Positions 39,278 to 51,062 are shown, counted from the whole stretch's first letter. The stretch: DNA of 63,995 bases, filler included, from Octopus bimaculoides (GCF_001194135.2; 7 parts of 6 records of this genome joined end to end with filler, not necessarily neighbours in it); one strand, 5' to 3'. Made by a program: numbers and translations. Notes: generated by a model not told the origin, from the sequence alone.

Positions 39278-39501
39278 TGTGCACAATGAGTACAACAATG
39301 AATTTAGTGCGCAATCAGGAATTCACGTAGGCTCACCTCTCAGTCCCCTCCTATTTACAATTGACTCCCAAGCCAGAGCATAGAAGTTTAAGACTGACTG
39401 TCTGCAGAAACTCCTCTATGCTGATGACACTGTTCTTGTGGCTAAATCTAGTAGAATTATAAAAAAAATTCCAAGTATGGAAGCAAAACCTGCAATCAAA
39501 G
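39278..39501 (+). mobile_element. RTE-type reverse transcriptase fragment
   Basis: EFSAQSGIHVGSPLSPLLF...LLYADDTVLVAKS...WKQNLQSK: the non-LTR RT motifs G.xQGS.LSPLLF and YADD, with an internal stop. Confidence 0.8.
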
Positions 39502-39518
39502 AGTCGAGCATTTTAATT

Positions 39519-39581
39519 TAATAACTGATGAGATGCCGGAGCAGACTTCAGCCCCGGTATCCGAAACTCTGAGTTTTATTA
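39519..39581 (+). ncRNA. type-I hammerhead ribozyme motif
   Basis: Helix I taataa/ttatta; core CTGATGA; helix II gatgccgg/ccggtatc plus one extra C; GAAA; near-palindromic helix III actctgagt; cleavage triplet GTT (39573-39575). Confidence 0.7.
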
Positions 39582-39643
39582 TGACAACCAACTAATTGTC
39601 ACATATTATACTTATATACATATATATATATATNNNNNNNNNN

Positions 39644-39680
<37 letters not shown>

Positions 39681-39683
<3 letters not shown>

Positions 39684-40991
39684 GGGGTGGATGCTCTGAA
39701 AGTGTAGCTGCTAGAATAAGAATAGCCTGGGCAAGGTTCAGAGAACTCCTACCTCTGCTGGTGACAAAGGGCCTCTCGCTCAGACTAAATGGTAGACTGT
39801 ATGATGCATGTATGCGAACTGCCATGCTACATGGCAGTGAAACATGGGCTGTGACTGCTGAGGACATGCGTAAGCTTACAAGGAATGAAGCCAGTATTCT
39901 CTGCTGGATGTGTAATGCCAGTGTGCATACACGACAGAGTATAAGCATCCTGAGAGAAAAGTTGGATTTAAGAAGCATCAGATGTGGTGTGCAAGAGAGA
40001 CGACTGCACTGGTATGGTCATGTGTTGCGAGTGGATGAGGACACACCTTAGCAGTTGAGGGAACCTGTGGAAGAGGTAGACCCAGGAAAACTTGGGATGA
40101 GGTGGTGAAGCACAACTTTCGAACATTGGACTTTACTGAGGCAATGACTAGTGACTGGGACCTTTGGAGATATGCTGTGCTTGAGAAGACCCAACAAGCC
40201 AAGTGAGACCATAGCCCATGGCCTGTGCCAGTGGATGTAACCAGCCCATTTATGAATACCCCTCATTCATTGGACAATAAACCTTGCTTGTGAAGACCTA
40301 TTGAGGCAAGTGAAATCAAAATCAAAATTGCTGACGTTGTCGACGACAGTACCGCCTGATTGGCACTCATGCCAGTGGAACATTAAAAGCACATCCAAAT
40401 GTGGGGTGTAACAGGGCCACTTATGAGTACCCCTCATTCATTGGAGAATGAACTTTGCTTGCGAAGACCTATTGAGGCAAGTGTAAAGAAACCAAAATCG
40501 CTGATGTGGCCGATGACAGTACTGCCTGATTGGCACTTATGCCAGTGGAACGTTAAAAGCACATCTGAGCGTGATCATTGCCAGGGCCACGGATTGACTC
40601 CTGTGCCGGTGACACGTGAAAAGCACCATTCGTGCATGATCGCTGCCAGTGTTGCCTTACTGGCACATGTACCAGTGGCACGTGAAAAGCAACATTCGAG
40701 CATGGTCGTTGCCAGTGCCACCGCACTGGCTCCCATGCAGGTAGCACATAAAAACACTGTTTGAACGTGAGCGTGGTCGTTGCCAGAACCACCTGATTGG
40801 CCCTCGTGCCGGTGGCATGTAAAAAGCACCCACTACACTCTCGGAGTGGTTAGCGTTAGGAAGGGCATCCAGCTGTAGAAGTCTTGCCAGACCAGATTGA
40901 GCCTGGTGCACCCTCTGGTTCACCAGTCCTCAGTCAAACCGTCCAACCCATGCCAGCATGGAAAGCGGACGTTAAATGATAATGATGATGA

Positions 40992-40993
<2 letters not shown>
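39681..40993 (+). mobile_element. RTE-clade LINE 3' portion: ORF end, tandemly repeated 3' UTR, (GAT)n tail
   Basis: GGCSESVAARIRIAWARFRELLPLL...GRLYDACMRTAMLHGSETW...RRLHWYGHVLR...GRPRKTWDEVV...AVLEKTQQAK* is the typical RTE post-RT region, frameshifted. Confidence 0.85.
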
Positions 40994-41033
<40 letters not shown>

Positions 41034-41390
41034 CATACATACATGTATATTTAGTACATTATTTCTGCAAATACAACACACATTTTTTGCAGTCTTCATC
41101 TGCGTAAACTAATTAATTAATTATTGATTCGTTTGTCAAAGTCTTTTGCCACACAACTTTGGCCTTCTGAACTGATCTACTTTTACCTTTGTTTTCTTCC
41201 TTTTGTGCCTGGTATTTATATGTATTTAAAAACGTGTGTGTGTATGTATGCATGAATTTATGTACGTACATATCTATGTACATATATATGTATGTATGTG
41301 TGTTGTAATTGGACTGGTTGTACTGTATGTGCATGTGATTTTGTTTCTGCTTTATTTTTTACCAATTCCTGGAAATGGTAAAAAAATAAA

Positions 41391-42104
41391 TCATCATCAT
41401 CATCATCGTTTAATGTCCGCTTTCCATGCTAGCATGGGTTGGACGATTTGACTGAGGACTGGTGAAACCAGATGGCTACACCAGGCTCCAATCTGATTTG
41501 GCAGAGTTTCTACAGCTGTATGCCCTTCCTAACGCCAACCACTCAGAGAGTGTAGTGGGTGCTTTTACGTGTCACCCGCACGAAGGCCAGTCAGGCGGTA
41601 CTGGCAACGGCCACGCTCAAAATGGTGTATTTTATGTGCCACCCGCACAAGAGCCAGTCCAGGAGCACTGGCAACGATCTCGCTCGAAAATCCTACGAAG
41701 GCCAGTCAGGCGGNNNNNNNNNNGGGTTGGACGATTTGACTGAGGACTGGTGAAACCAGATGGCTACACCAGGCTCCAATCTGATTTGGCAGAGTTTCTA
41801 CAGCTGTATGCCCTTCCTAACGCCAACCACTCAGAGAGTGTAGTGGGTGCTTTTACGTGTCACCCGCACGAAGGCCAGTCAGGCGGTACTGGCAACGGCC
41901 ACGCTCAAAATGGTGTATTTTATGTGCCACCCGCACAAGAGCCAGTCCAGGAGCACTGGCAACGATCTCGCTCGAAAATCCTACGAAGGCCAGTCAGGCG
42001 GTACTGGCAGCAGCCACGCTCAAAATGGTGTATTTTATGTTCCACCCGCACAAGTGCCAATCCAGGGGCACTGGCAACGAATTCTACGAAGGCCAGTCAG
42101 GCAG
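41391..42104 (-). mobile_element. RTE 3' UTR/tail copy with several ~62-bp subunits (partly duplicated across a 10-N gap)
   Basis: Reverse complement of 40700-40993. Segments 41435-41713 and 41724-42002 read as identical. Confidence 0.8.
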
Positions 42105-42576
42105 TAAAACAGAAACAAAATCACACACACATACAGTACAACCAGAAAACATTACTGCTAATGGTGGTGCCCAGCATGGCCATAGCCCCTGCCAGAAATC
42201 AATTACAAAAATGTGTATGTATGGTTCTTCAGATTTGTTTTAAAAATTTTCCCTTGCAGAAATGAAGCTTGTCACCCAAAGTGGCAAGGCTCTTCTCTTT
42301 AAGTCTAAACAGCTCTTGGCATTTGTGGTTACCTGAATTGGCTGATGGATACATTATATGTGCGTGTGTTTGTGTGCACTAATTTATTCCATACGTATGT
42401 GTAATTATGTTCAAATGTTCAACCAGGAACCTCAAATGCTTTATATATAATTTTCAGTTACTCCAACTTATTGTATCTGGAGAATGCAAATCAATCAGCC
42501 CTATTCTTCTTGGAGAAACCAAATATTTCTAAATTTCTGTGCTGATGTATTGTTACACAGCCCAGTGTGCCTGTTG

Positions 42577-42943
42577 TTGTTAGCACGACGTCGAGGGTTC
42601 CAGTTGATCCGATCAACGGAACAGCCTGCTCGTGAAATTAACGTGCAAGTGGCTGAGCACTCCACGGACACGTGTACCCTTAACGTAGTTCTCGGGGAGA
42701 TTCAGCGTGACACAGTGCGACAAGGTTGACCCTTTGAATTACAGGCACAACAGGAACAGGAAGTAAGAGTGAGAGAAAGTGGTGGAAGAGTACTGCAGGG
42801 TTCGCCACCATCCCCTGCCAGAGCCTCGTGGAGCTTTAGGTGTTTTCGCTCAATAAACACTCACAACGCCCGGTCTGGGAATCGAAACCGTGATCCTATG
42901 ACCACAAGTCCACTGCCCTAACCACTGGGCCATTGCGCCTCCA
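42577..42943 (-). mobile_element. SINE family C
   Basis: Reverse complement of 36827-37188. Confidence 0.85.
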
Positions 42944-43174
42944 CTACATAGTGTGCCTATGATGATAGGAACATACGAAAATGTATTGCCTGTATGTAAG
43001 AGCTGTAGGCTTCTCATCAGTTCTCTATAGGTGTTCTCATTTCCCCACTAATTTCAGAAGACCTATTCACTGATTTCTACAACAATGCATGACTTTTTCT
43101 CCCTGTCCCTTACAACTATATCTTGTTCTGTTGGGCTTACACCAGTTTGCTGTTTTTATCAGAATGTTTCCCCA

Positions 43175-43345
43175 TCATCATCATCATCATCATCATCATA
43201 TGACTTTTTTTCCATGCTGGGTTGGATGGTTTGACAGGATCCAATGAACTGCAGAGTTGCATCAGGCTCCAGTGTCTACTTTGGCATGGTTTCTAAGGTT
43301 GAATGCCTTCCTAATGCCATCCACTTTAAATGTACTACATGATTT
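43175..43345 (-). mobile_element. degenerate RTE tail
   Basis: (CAT)n followed by ccatgctgggttggatggtttgac...tgccttcctaatgccatccact. Confidence 0.55.
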
Positions 43346-44160
43346 TTTCATGACATTATTACTTGTGAAGTCACCAAGAAACTTGCAAGACAGTAAATAA
43401 AGAAAAAGGAACGGGAAAAAGGACCTTCAATTGAGTGGTGGTGTATTTGAGAGAAGACCAAACTATGATAGAGGAGCAAGCACAGGTGTCTTGCTTGCTA
43501 TAGAGGAAATAAATGGTTACCCTGTATTTTACAAGGGTTGGTGAGAGTGGTTTGGAGTAAAGTAAAGAAGGTGGTGATGGAGTCCTAAGCATACCCTAAA
43601 GGTGCAAGAAGGGAAGTACAAGAATGTGGACTGGGGACCAGGAGAAAAAGGAAGAGTGGGGGCAATTTCATAATAAGCGTGGTGGGGTGGGGGAAGGAGA
43701 GTGACAGATGGTTAGAGATGGGATGTAGTGAGTGTTGAACAAGGGTGGAGGTGTAAGTTGATGGTAAATAGCAGTAGGGAGGAAGGGAGAGATAGGAAGT
43801 GTTTCAGGATGGAGGAGGTGACAAGCATTGGTACAGGAGGAGTGGAAAGCAGCAGTATCAGATATCTGAGAAAGCAGGAAGATGATACGTGTGAGAATGG
43901 AGGTGATGGGGGGGGGATGAACTGTGATAGACATGGAGGTGCAAATACTTTCTGGTTCTGCTGTGCCTTTGGTGTCGCCTTTAGGATAATGTATGTATGT
44001 ATGGTTGGATGAATATATTCATGTATTTGTGTATGTATGTATGTATATATATATATATGTATATATACTCACATATTATTTGTATTATTTGGTTTTAATT
44101 GATTAATATCAATTTCTACCCTCATTAATAAATATTATTTGTATTATATATATATGTATA

Positions 44161-44392
44161 TTCTTTTATCTTTCACTTGTTTCAGTTATTTCGGCTACAG
44201 CCATGCTGGGGCACCACCTTTTAAGGGTTTTAGTCGAACAAATCGACCCCAGGACTTTTTTTTTAAAGCTTAGTACTTATTCTACCGGTCTTTTTTGCCA
44301 AACTGTTAAGTTACAGGGACGTAAACACACCAGCACTAGTTGCTAGTAGTGGTGGGGGACAAAAACAGACACAAAGACACACATACACACAC

Positions 44393-44395
<3 letters not shown>
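44161..44395 (-). mobile_element. SINE family B, 3' half
   Basis: ttgtttcagt...gccatgctggggcaccacc...aatcgaccccaggact...agtacttattct...gggacgtaaacacacc. Confidence 0.8.
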
Positions 44396-44461
<66 letters not shown>

Positions 44462-44525
44462 AATATACATACATGTATTTGTGTATGATTACATACGTGT
44501 GTGTATATATATATATATATGTATA

Positions 44526-44885
44526 GGTGCAGGCATGGCTGTGGAGTAAGAAGCTTCCTTCCTAACCACATGGTTCTTGGTTCAGTCCCACTGTGCAGTA
44601 CCTTGGGCAAGTGTCTTCTACTATAGCCTTGGGCTGACCAAAGCCTTGTGAGTGGATTTGGTAGACAGAAACTGAAAGAAGCCTTTTGTTTGTGTGTGTG
44701 TATCTTTGTGTCTGTGTCCACCACCACTTGACAACTGGTATTAGTGTATTTATGTCCCCATAACTTAGGTGGTCAGCAAAAAAGACCAATAGAATAAATA
44801 TTGGATTCAATTCATTTGACTAAAAGTTCTTCAAGGTGATGTCCCAGCATGGCCACAGTGCAGTGACTGAAATATATAAAAGATT
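44526..44885 (+). mobile_element. SINE family B, CpG-depleted copy
   Basis: Collinear with 12016-12444, with CG replaced by TG or CA at most positions. Confidence 0.85.
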
Positions 44886-44894
44886 ATATATATG

Positions 44895-44926
<32 letters not shown>

Positions 44927-44928
<2 letters not shown>

Positions 44929-46210
44929 AAGTCATTAAGAATGAAATGTCCGATTTTCTTATGCACCAAGTTTGTTTGAGTCATTAACTCTAATGTTTCA
45001 TCTTGACAATTCTTTGTTTTACAACATTGAAGAGTTCCATCATCACTTTTCAAATGCAATTCATGGTGTCTGATTTATAATGTAAATTTTCTCTTGTAAA
45101 TCATTTTTTGTGAACCTATGGATAGATCAAAAATTCATGTTGTTTATGGGTATAAGTTCTGTCATAGAACTAATGCATCCCAGATAGCTTGAATCATGAA
45201 TGAGGTGTTTGGTGACGATATGGCAAATGAGCACACTGTATATTGATGGTTTGAGAAGTTCCACTCTGGTGGCTTTACTCTTGAAAATCAGCACCATGAT
45301 AGACCTGAGACCAAAGTGGATAATGATGAGCTGGAAACTGTAGTAGAAGCGGATACATCTCAGACTATACGTGAGTTAGCAGCAATGTTTGATGTTTCAA
45401 TTCAAACTGTATTGGACCATCTGAAATAAATTGGCAAGGTAAAGAAGCTAGACAAGTGGGTACCACATGAACTGAGCAAGCATCAAATGAAATGTCATCT
45501 TGAAACTTGCTGTTCTTTGCTGTCATGGCATAAAAGTGAACCATTTGTGCATTGTATTGTTACGTGTGATGAAAAATGGATTCTTTTCAACAATAGCAAG
45601 CATTCTGCACGGTGGTTGGATAAAGACGAAGTGCCAAAACACAATACTAAAAAGAATATTCACCAAAAAAGTTAATGGTGTCTGTTTGGTGGTCCAGTGC
45701 TGGTGTCATCCACTACAGCTTCATGAGACCTGGTAAGTCAATTACAGGGGATGTATACATCAACCAATTTGATGAAATGATGAGTGAACTTGTAATTAAA
45801 CAACCGAGATTGGTCAATAGAGACAAGCCAATTCTCTTGCAAGACAATGCTCGACCACATGTGGCACAAAGAACACTACTCAAGTTACAGGAACTGAACT
45901 TTGAAGTACTCTGTCATCCACCATATTCACTAGACCTTGCACCAACTGACAATCATGTTTTCCAGGCATTGGACAACTTTTTGCTAGGAAAAAACTTCAA
46001 ATCTGAAGAAGATGCAAAAACAGCCTTTCATGATTTCATCACCTCTTGCTCTCCAGAACTCTTTGCTGCCAGCATGAATAAGCTACCTATAAAATGGTAA
46101 AATTGTATTGATAATTTAGATGCATACTTTGATTAACTGCATTGCTTTTTTGAGATAATGTAGAATACTCTTTCAGTTCAAAATCGGACATTTCATTCTT
46201 AATGACTTGA
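44927..46210 (+). mobile_element. full-length (~1.28 kb) mariner transposon, cecropia/Hsmar1-like, inactive
   Basis: Perfect 29-bp TIRs aagtcattaagaatgaaatgtccgatttt (44929-44957 / 46180-46208) and a TA after the right end. It sits in the TA-rich tail of a SINE B copy. Confidence 0.95.
45118..46136 (+). pseudogene. mariner transposase pseudogene, D,D34D
   Basis: Motifs KLDKWVPHEL, IVTCDEKWI, ILLQDNARPH and HPPYSLDLAPTD, with 34 residues between the last two catalytic Asp. Stops at 45190, 45244, 45427 and 46098; frameshift near 45670. Confidence 0.92.
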
Positions 46211-46289
46211 TATATATTAATAATAATAAAGAGTATTGGGATTTGTACATCCACAAAATTTATCTTATAGTTATTTATATACAACATAT

Positions 46290-46454
46290 TATAATGACCT
46301 ACACGTGTTTCCACTCACAAAAATTTACTTCAGTCAATTCACTTTGAGGATGACCAAATGGACAGACCCTGATGAAGTTGCACTGACAATATTGCAAGGC
46401 TGCATTTGCAACAGTGAGTAGTCACTGCAGCGGAAACACGTGTAGGACATTATA
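46290..46454 (+). ncRNA. fold-back element with 25-bp inverted ends containing a type-I hammerhead motif (46365-46448)
   Basis: Inverted arms 46290-46314 and 46430-46454 match at 23 of 25 positions. Hammerhead: gacc-CTGATGA-A-gttgca...tgcagc-G-GAAA-palindromic (A)cacgtgt-A-ggac. Confidence 0.65.
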
Positions 46455-46693
46455 ATATGCTGTATATAGCTATAAAATAATTTTCATGGATGTACAAGTC
46501 TCCATACTCTTTGTTATTATTAATATTAATATATACCCCAGACAATTTTTACTGTCCAGCGAAAAGTACAAGGAATTATCCATAGCAAGAATTCACAGAA
46601 TGACTCACAACTAAAAGTAGACTCAGACGTTAGATACTGATCGTTGTGGTTAGCCGTTAACTGAAACTTAACTGAAAGCTCATACGGTGTTCG

Positions 46694-46728
<35 letters not shown>

Positions 46729-47028
46729 CATATTAATACATGTGTGTGTATGGTGTATATGACAAATTATGAGATTGATATTTATTTTAAATGAACTCCA
46801 TCACTACAGTATTTCCTATTATTTATTTAACATATGCTCTCTTCCATTACGCATTCACTTCTTTCATTCTTTTTCTTTTCTTTTTTTAACTTTAACGTTA
46901 TTCCCATCTCAGAATATTTTTGTTCCTCTCCTGTAATCTTGTCATATGACTAATTAGATTCAAATGTCTTCTACAAGAGTTTATTCTTGTTTACTTCTTA
47001 CTAATCATTGCCTGACGTTCTAGTGTGT

Positions 47029-47064
<36 letters not shown>

Positions 47065-47344
47065 ATGTGTATGCAGTTGCGTGTTTGTCGTGATGAATTT
47101 TCATGTAGTAGTGCAAGCGTACTTGTATGTTTGTTTATGTGTGTGTTTATCGTGGTGTGTTTTTCATGTAGTTGTGCAAGTGTACTTGTATGTTTATTCA
47201 TGTTTGTATATATGTGTACATATGCGTGTATGTGTGTGCGTACGAATGTGTTTGCTCTGTGTCTCAAATTAGCAAATAGTTGAACACCTTAACAGTACCC
47301 CTCTCCCACCCCTCACTCTCTAATACGTTGCCTTTGCCCTGACA

Positions 47345-47690
47345 GTGGTTGACGATAAAACTGCTACATCAGTCATTGCGTATGACATCCTCCTCTACTA
47401 TCTCATTTACTATGGTGGGTGACCATCCCATATCTCGCTCTGCCAGATATTTTAAGTATCTTAGCAGTAATTCCTGATGGACCAGGTGCCTTCCCTGCCT
47501 TCATACCCTAACTCTCTGTCTTCCACACTGCTCTCAACTTGGATGGCTGGTTCCTTCATTGAATCATGAAGTGGACCTTCTCCTCCCCCATCTCACCCTT
47601 TGCATTCTTCTCATTCATTAACCTCTCATAATGGCACTGCCATTCCTTTTTCATCCACTGTCTGTAAGAGTATGAATGCCATTAGCTTTC
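47345..47690 (-). mobile_element. RTE-LINE internal fragment (pre-RT region)
   Basis: Minus strand KEWQCHYERLMNE...MKAGKAPGPSGITAKILKISG...VNEIVEEDVIRND*CSSFIVN. Confidence 0.75.
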
Positions 47691-47714
47691 CATCTTTTAT
47701 CTTTTATTCAATGT

Positions 47715-47904
47715 GAGTAATTAGACAGCGACCATACTGGGGCACCACCTTGAAGAATTTTTAATCGAATGAATGAACCTCAGTAGTACTTTTTTTTTAA
47801 AGCCTGGTACTTATTCTATCAGTTTCTTTTGCTGAAACGCTAAGTTATGGAGATGTAAGTACACCAATGTCAAGTGGTGGTGGTGGTGAACACTGACACA
47901 GAGG

Positions 47905-47935
<31 letters not shown>

Positions 47936-48085
47936 CGGGCTTCTTTCAGTTTCTGTCTACCAAATCCACTCACAAAGCTTTGGCCAGACCAAGGTCAAAG
48001 CAGAAGACACTCACTTGGGCACAGTGGGACTGAACCTGGAACCATGTGGTTGGAAAGCAAGCTTCTTACCACACAGCCATATCTG
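47715..48085 (-). mobile_element. SINE family B
   Basis: Reverse complement of family B (head ...ggctgtgtggtaagaagcttgc at 48075). Confidence 0.8.
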
Positions 48086-48460
48086 CTCCATACACACTTT
48101 TTCCCAAACAACTTCATTTTCTCTCACCCTTTGCTTTGCAATCTGAAATACCCGATGCCTCTAATCTTTGCACCTTACAACATTGGTAAAATTCATAATT
48201 TGAATTTCTTCCTTTGCTGGATATTCCTATCTTCTTGCTTCTCTTCTGACAATTTTGCGTTGCTCTTTGCTACCCCTTTTTAATCAGTCTTTCCAAGCCT
48301 GTCTTTTATGGACCTATCTTCAGAACTATTCTGTCACCATGTCACTCTCTTTCTGGCTTAGACCATACCTCAGCCATGGCTTAGTTTTATCACAGAAACT
48401 TCCTGTTGTTCTCTACATTGGTTTTTTTTTCCTATTTCTTCCTCTATCTCTTTATATATA

Positions 48461-48706
48461 TGGCACGTAAAATACACCATTTTGAGCGTGGCTGTTGCCA
48501 TTACCACCTGACTGGCCTTCGTGCCGGTGGCCTGTAAAAGCACCCACTACACTCTCGGAGTGGTTGGCGTTAGGAAGGGCATCCAGCTGTAGAAACTCTG
48601 CCAAATCAGATTGGAGCCTGGTGTAGCCATCTGGTTCACCAGTCCTCAGTCAAATCGTCCAACCCATGCTAGCATGGAAAGCGGATGTTAAACGATGATG
48701 ATGATG
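48461..48706 (+). mobile_element. RTE 3' tail copy with one full subunit
   Basis: gagcgtggctgttgccattaccacctgactggccttcgtgccggtggcctgtaaaagcaccc...aaacgatgatgatgatg. Confidence 0.85.
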
Positions 48707-49041
48707 TCTCTTAACCTGTTGCTGATTGTTTACTCTTTCAAGTTCCATACTCTCATTCTTTCAGGTAGTTTTCTGTCTTTGTGTCCATCTCTTACTCTGA
48801 AATCACTCACCATTCATTCATGTTAGGTAGTGTTGGTGCTGGGAGCAGAGTTCAACTTAGCATTCACAACATTAAGTCGGTATCTAGTGTGTGTGTGTGT
48901 GTGTGTGTTTTATGTAGCTGTTGGTTATGGTTGGTCAGAAAATTACCATAACCAATGACTACATAAAATATTACTGCTCAAAAACAAATTTTTTTGGAGT
49001 ATGCTTTTATTTACGATCAATATACATACAGACAGATAGAC

Positions 49042-49074
<33 letters not shown>

Positions 49075-51062
49075 CTACCATCTTATGATGGTATAAAAAA
49101 CAACTTTCAGGAACAATTGTGGTTTATTGACTTAGAAGGTTGTTTTTCCTGTATTGAGTTTGATAAGCTGAAAAAAATTGTTTTGTGGTTTATTATGGTT
49201 AGCAGCTGTGATTGCTACAGGCTGCGATGAGTAAATTGTTACCATTTTATATTTTTAGTTTCACGCATGCACATTGTTTGTTTTTGTTGACTACACAGTA
49301 TAGTAGGGCCAGTTAGGCACCATCTGTGAGAAAAACAGCAACATAACACAATTCAATCTACCAGAAATTAGATTTAATGGTTTGACAAGATCTAACAAGT
49401 CTGAGAACCATATTGTACTCCAATGTCTTAGTTTTGGCATGGTTTCTATGGCTGGGTGTCGTTTGTAATGCCAACCACTTTACACTGTGTACTGGGTACT
49501 TTTTTTTTTTTTTTGTATTAACACTAGTGAGGTCATCTTGCAACTTGCAAGAATAAAAAACCTGAAAGGATCCCAAACCTGAGAGGAGAATGGGAGAGAG
49601 TGTGATGATTGTAGTCAGGGTGATGTAAGAAGGTCAAGTATGAAAAGAGGAACAGATTTATAGTTATGAGAGGGTGGTAGTGGAGGGAGTAACAGGGAAG
49701 GTGAATGTTGGGTTTGGGGGTAATATGGAAGAGACAGGTTTAAAAGGGAGAGGGAAGTAGTTTTAGGGATTGGTGAGAAAGAGAGGACTAAAGTGCTGAG
49801 TGTGGTGTGGGTTTGTGTTGGAGCGGGGAGATGATTTAGTATCCCACTTCATAAGGATGAGCATTGGTGGGAGAGTGTGAGGAGAAGGGAACATGAAAGA
49901 GGGAAGTAGATGAGGGTGATGAGGTCTGGAAAGAGCCATTGAAAGAAAGAGATGTGTCGGCGGGGGGAGGATGTAAGCCAAGGAAAGAGAAAGACGAGAA
50001 GCTAAGGAAGGGTACCACCCAACCATGGAAAATTTTCTTCAATGACTTCCATGTAACCCATGCACAGCATAAAAAGGCTGATGATGATGAGGATTGTGTG
50101 TGTGTGTGTGTGTATGACCCCATCATGCCTCATTTCTTCCCTCTTTCCCTTCCCAACCCTTCCTCATTCACCATTCCACGTTCCCTAGCAACATGTCACC
50201 CTACCCCCGAACATCTCTCTTTCCTATTCTTGTCCTTACTGCTGCACCAGCCCCTTTTCCTTTGCAACTCTAACAAGGGACTGACTCTTTCCATAGCTTC
50301 TCTAACAATCTCATCTACTTTCCCCAGCATTTCCTCTGTGAGCTGATTTACATTGGGCAAACTGACCATTGACCATTCAATAGGTTCACAGATCATCTCA
50401 GACATCTGACTTGGTAGTGAGTTGCCTATTCATTGACATTTCCATTCAGTGGAATTCTGGTTTAAGCACCCCATATAATCCCTCATACCTTTTTTATTTT
50501 TGCAATTTTCTGAAGATTTTTGCAAAATTGTGTTCTACACACACGAATTCATATGATTATTAAAAAAGTTTTTTTATGTATGATTTAAGGGCGATTTAGC
50601 TATTGTTTTTAGCATCTCCTATGACCATCTGATACTGTCCTCATTTCTTTGCCACTCTGACATGTATGGATGTTTTTCAGTATTTCTCTCCTCATAAACA
50701 CTTTTGATGGAATGATGGATGACACACCAAGGGTGGTCCATTGTTGAGATTTAAGCAAAAAATTCATACTGCATATTTTAAACTCTGATTAAAAAAATAA
50801 ATAAATAAAGATTGGAAATTTTAGGATTTATGTGAGCTGGTAAGAATTTAAGCAATTAAAAAAAAATTTCTTTTTTTTTCATAATTGCATGAATTTCTAT
50901 CTATAGAACACAAATTTGCAAAGATTTTCTGAAAATTCCACCTTCCATTCCACTAACCATTTCACCCAGCACCTCTCTGTCTTTGGCTTGGCCACCAGCA
51001 CCTCATCTCTTAGCTCACAATTTAAGAGGAACAGGAGCTCATCTTTCAAAAGGTTAAAAGTT

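Noticed and set aside
40335-40830. CRISPR-like or twister/pistol-like reading of the ~62-bp units
   Set aside because: The context is a eukaryotic LINE 3' UTR. The variable parts are short loops rather than unique spacers, there are no cas genes, and the conserved twister and pistol cleavage-site architecture could not be fitted.
41435-42002. Apparent 289-bp-period tandem duplication of the RTE tail
   Set aside because: The two copies read as identical, including a private variant (ctgtatgccc), and are separated by a 10-N gap. This is most likely an unmerged contig overlap.
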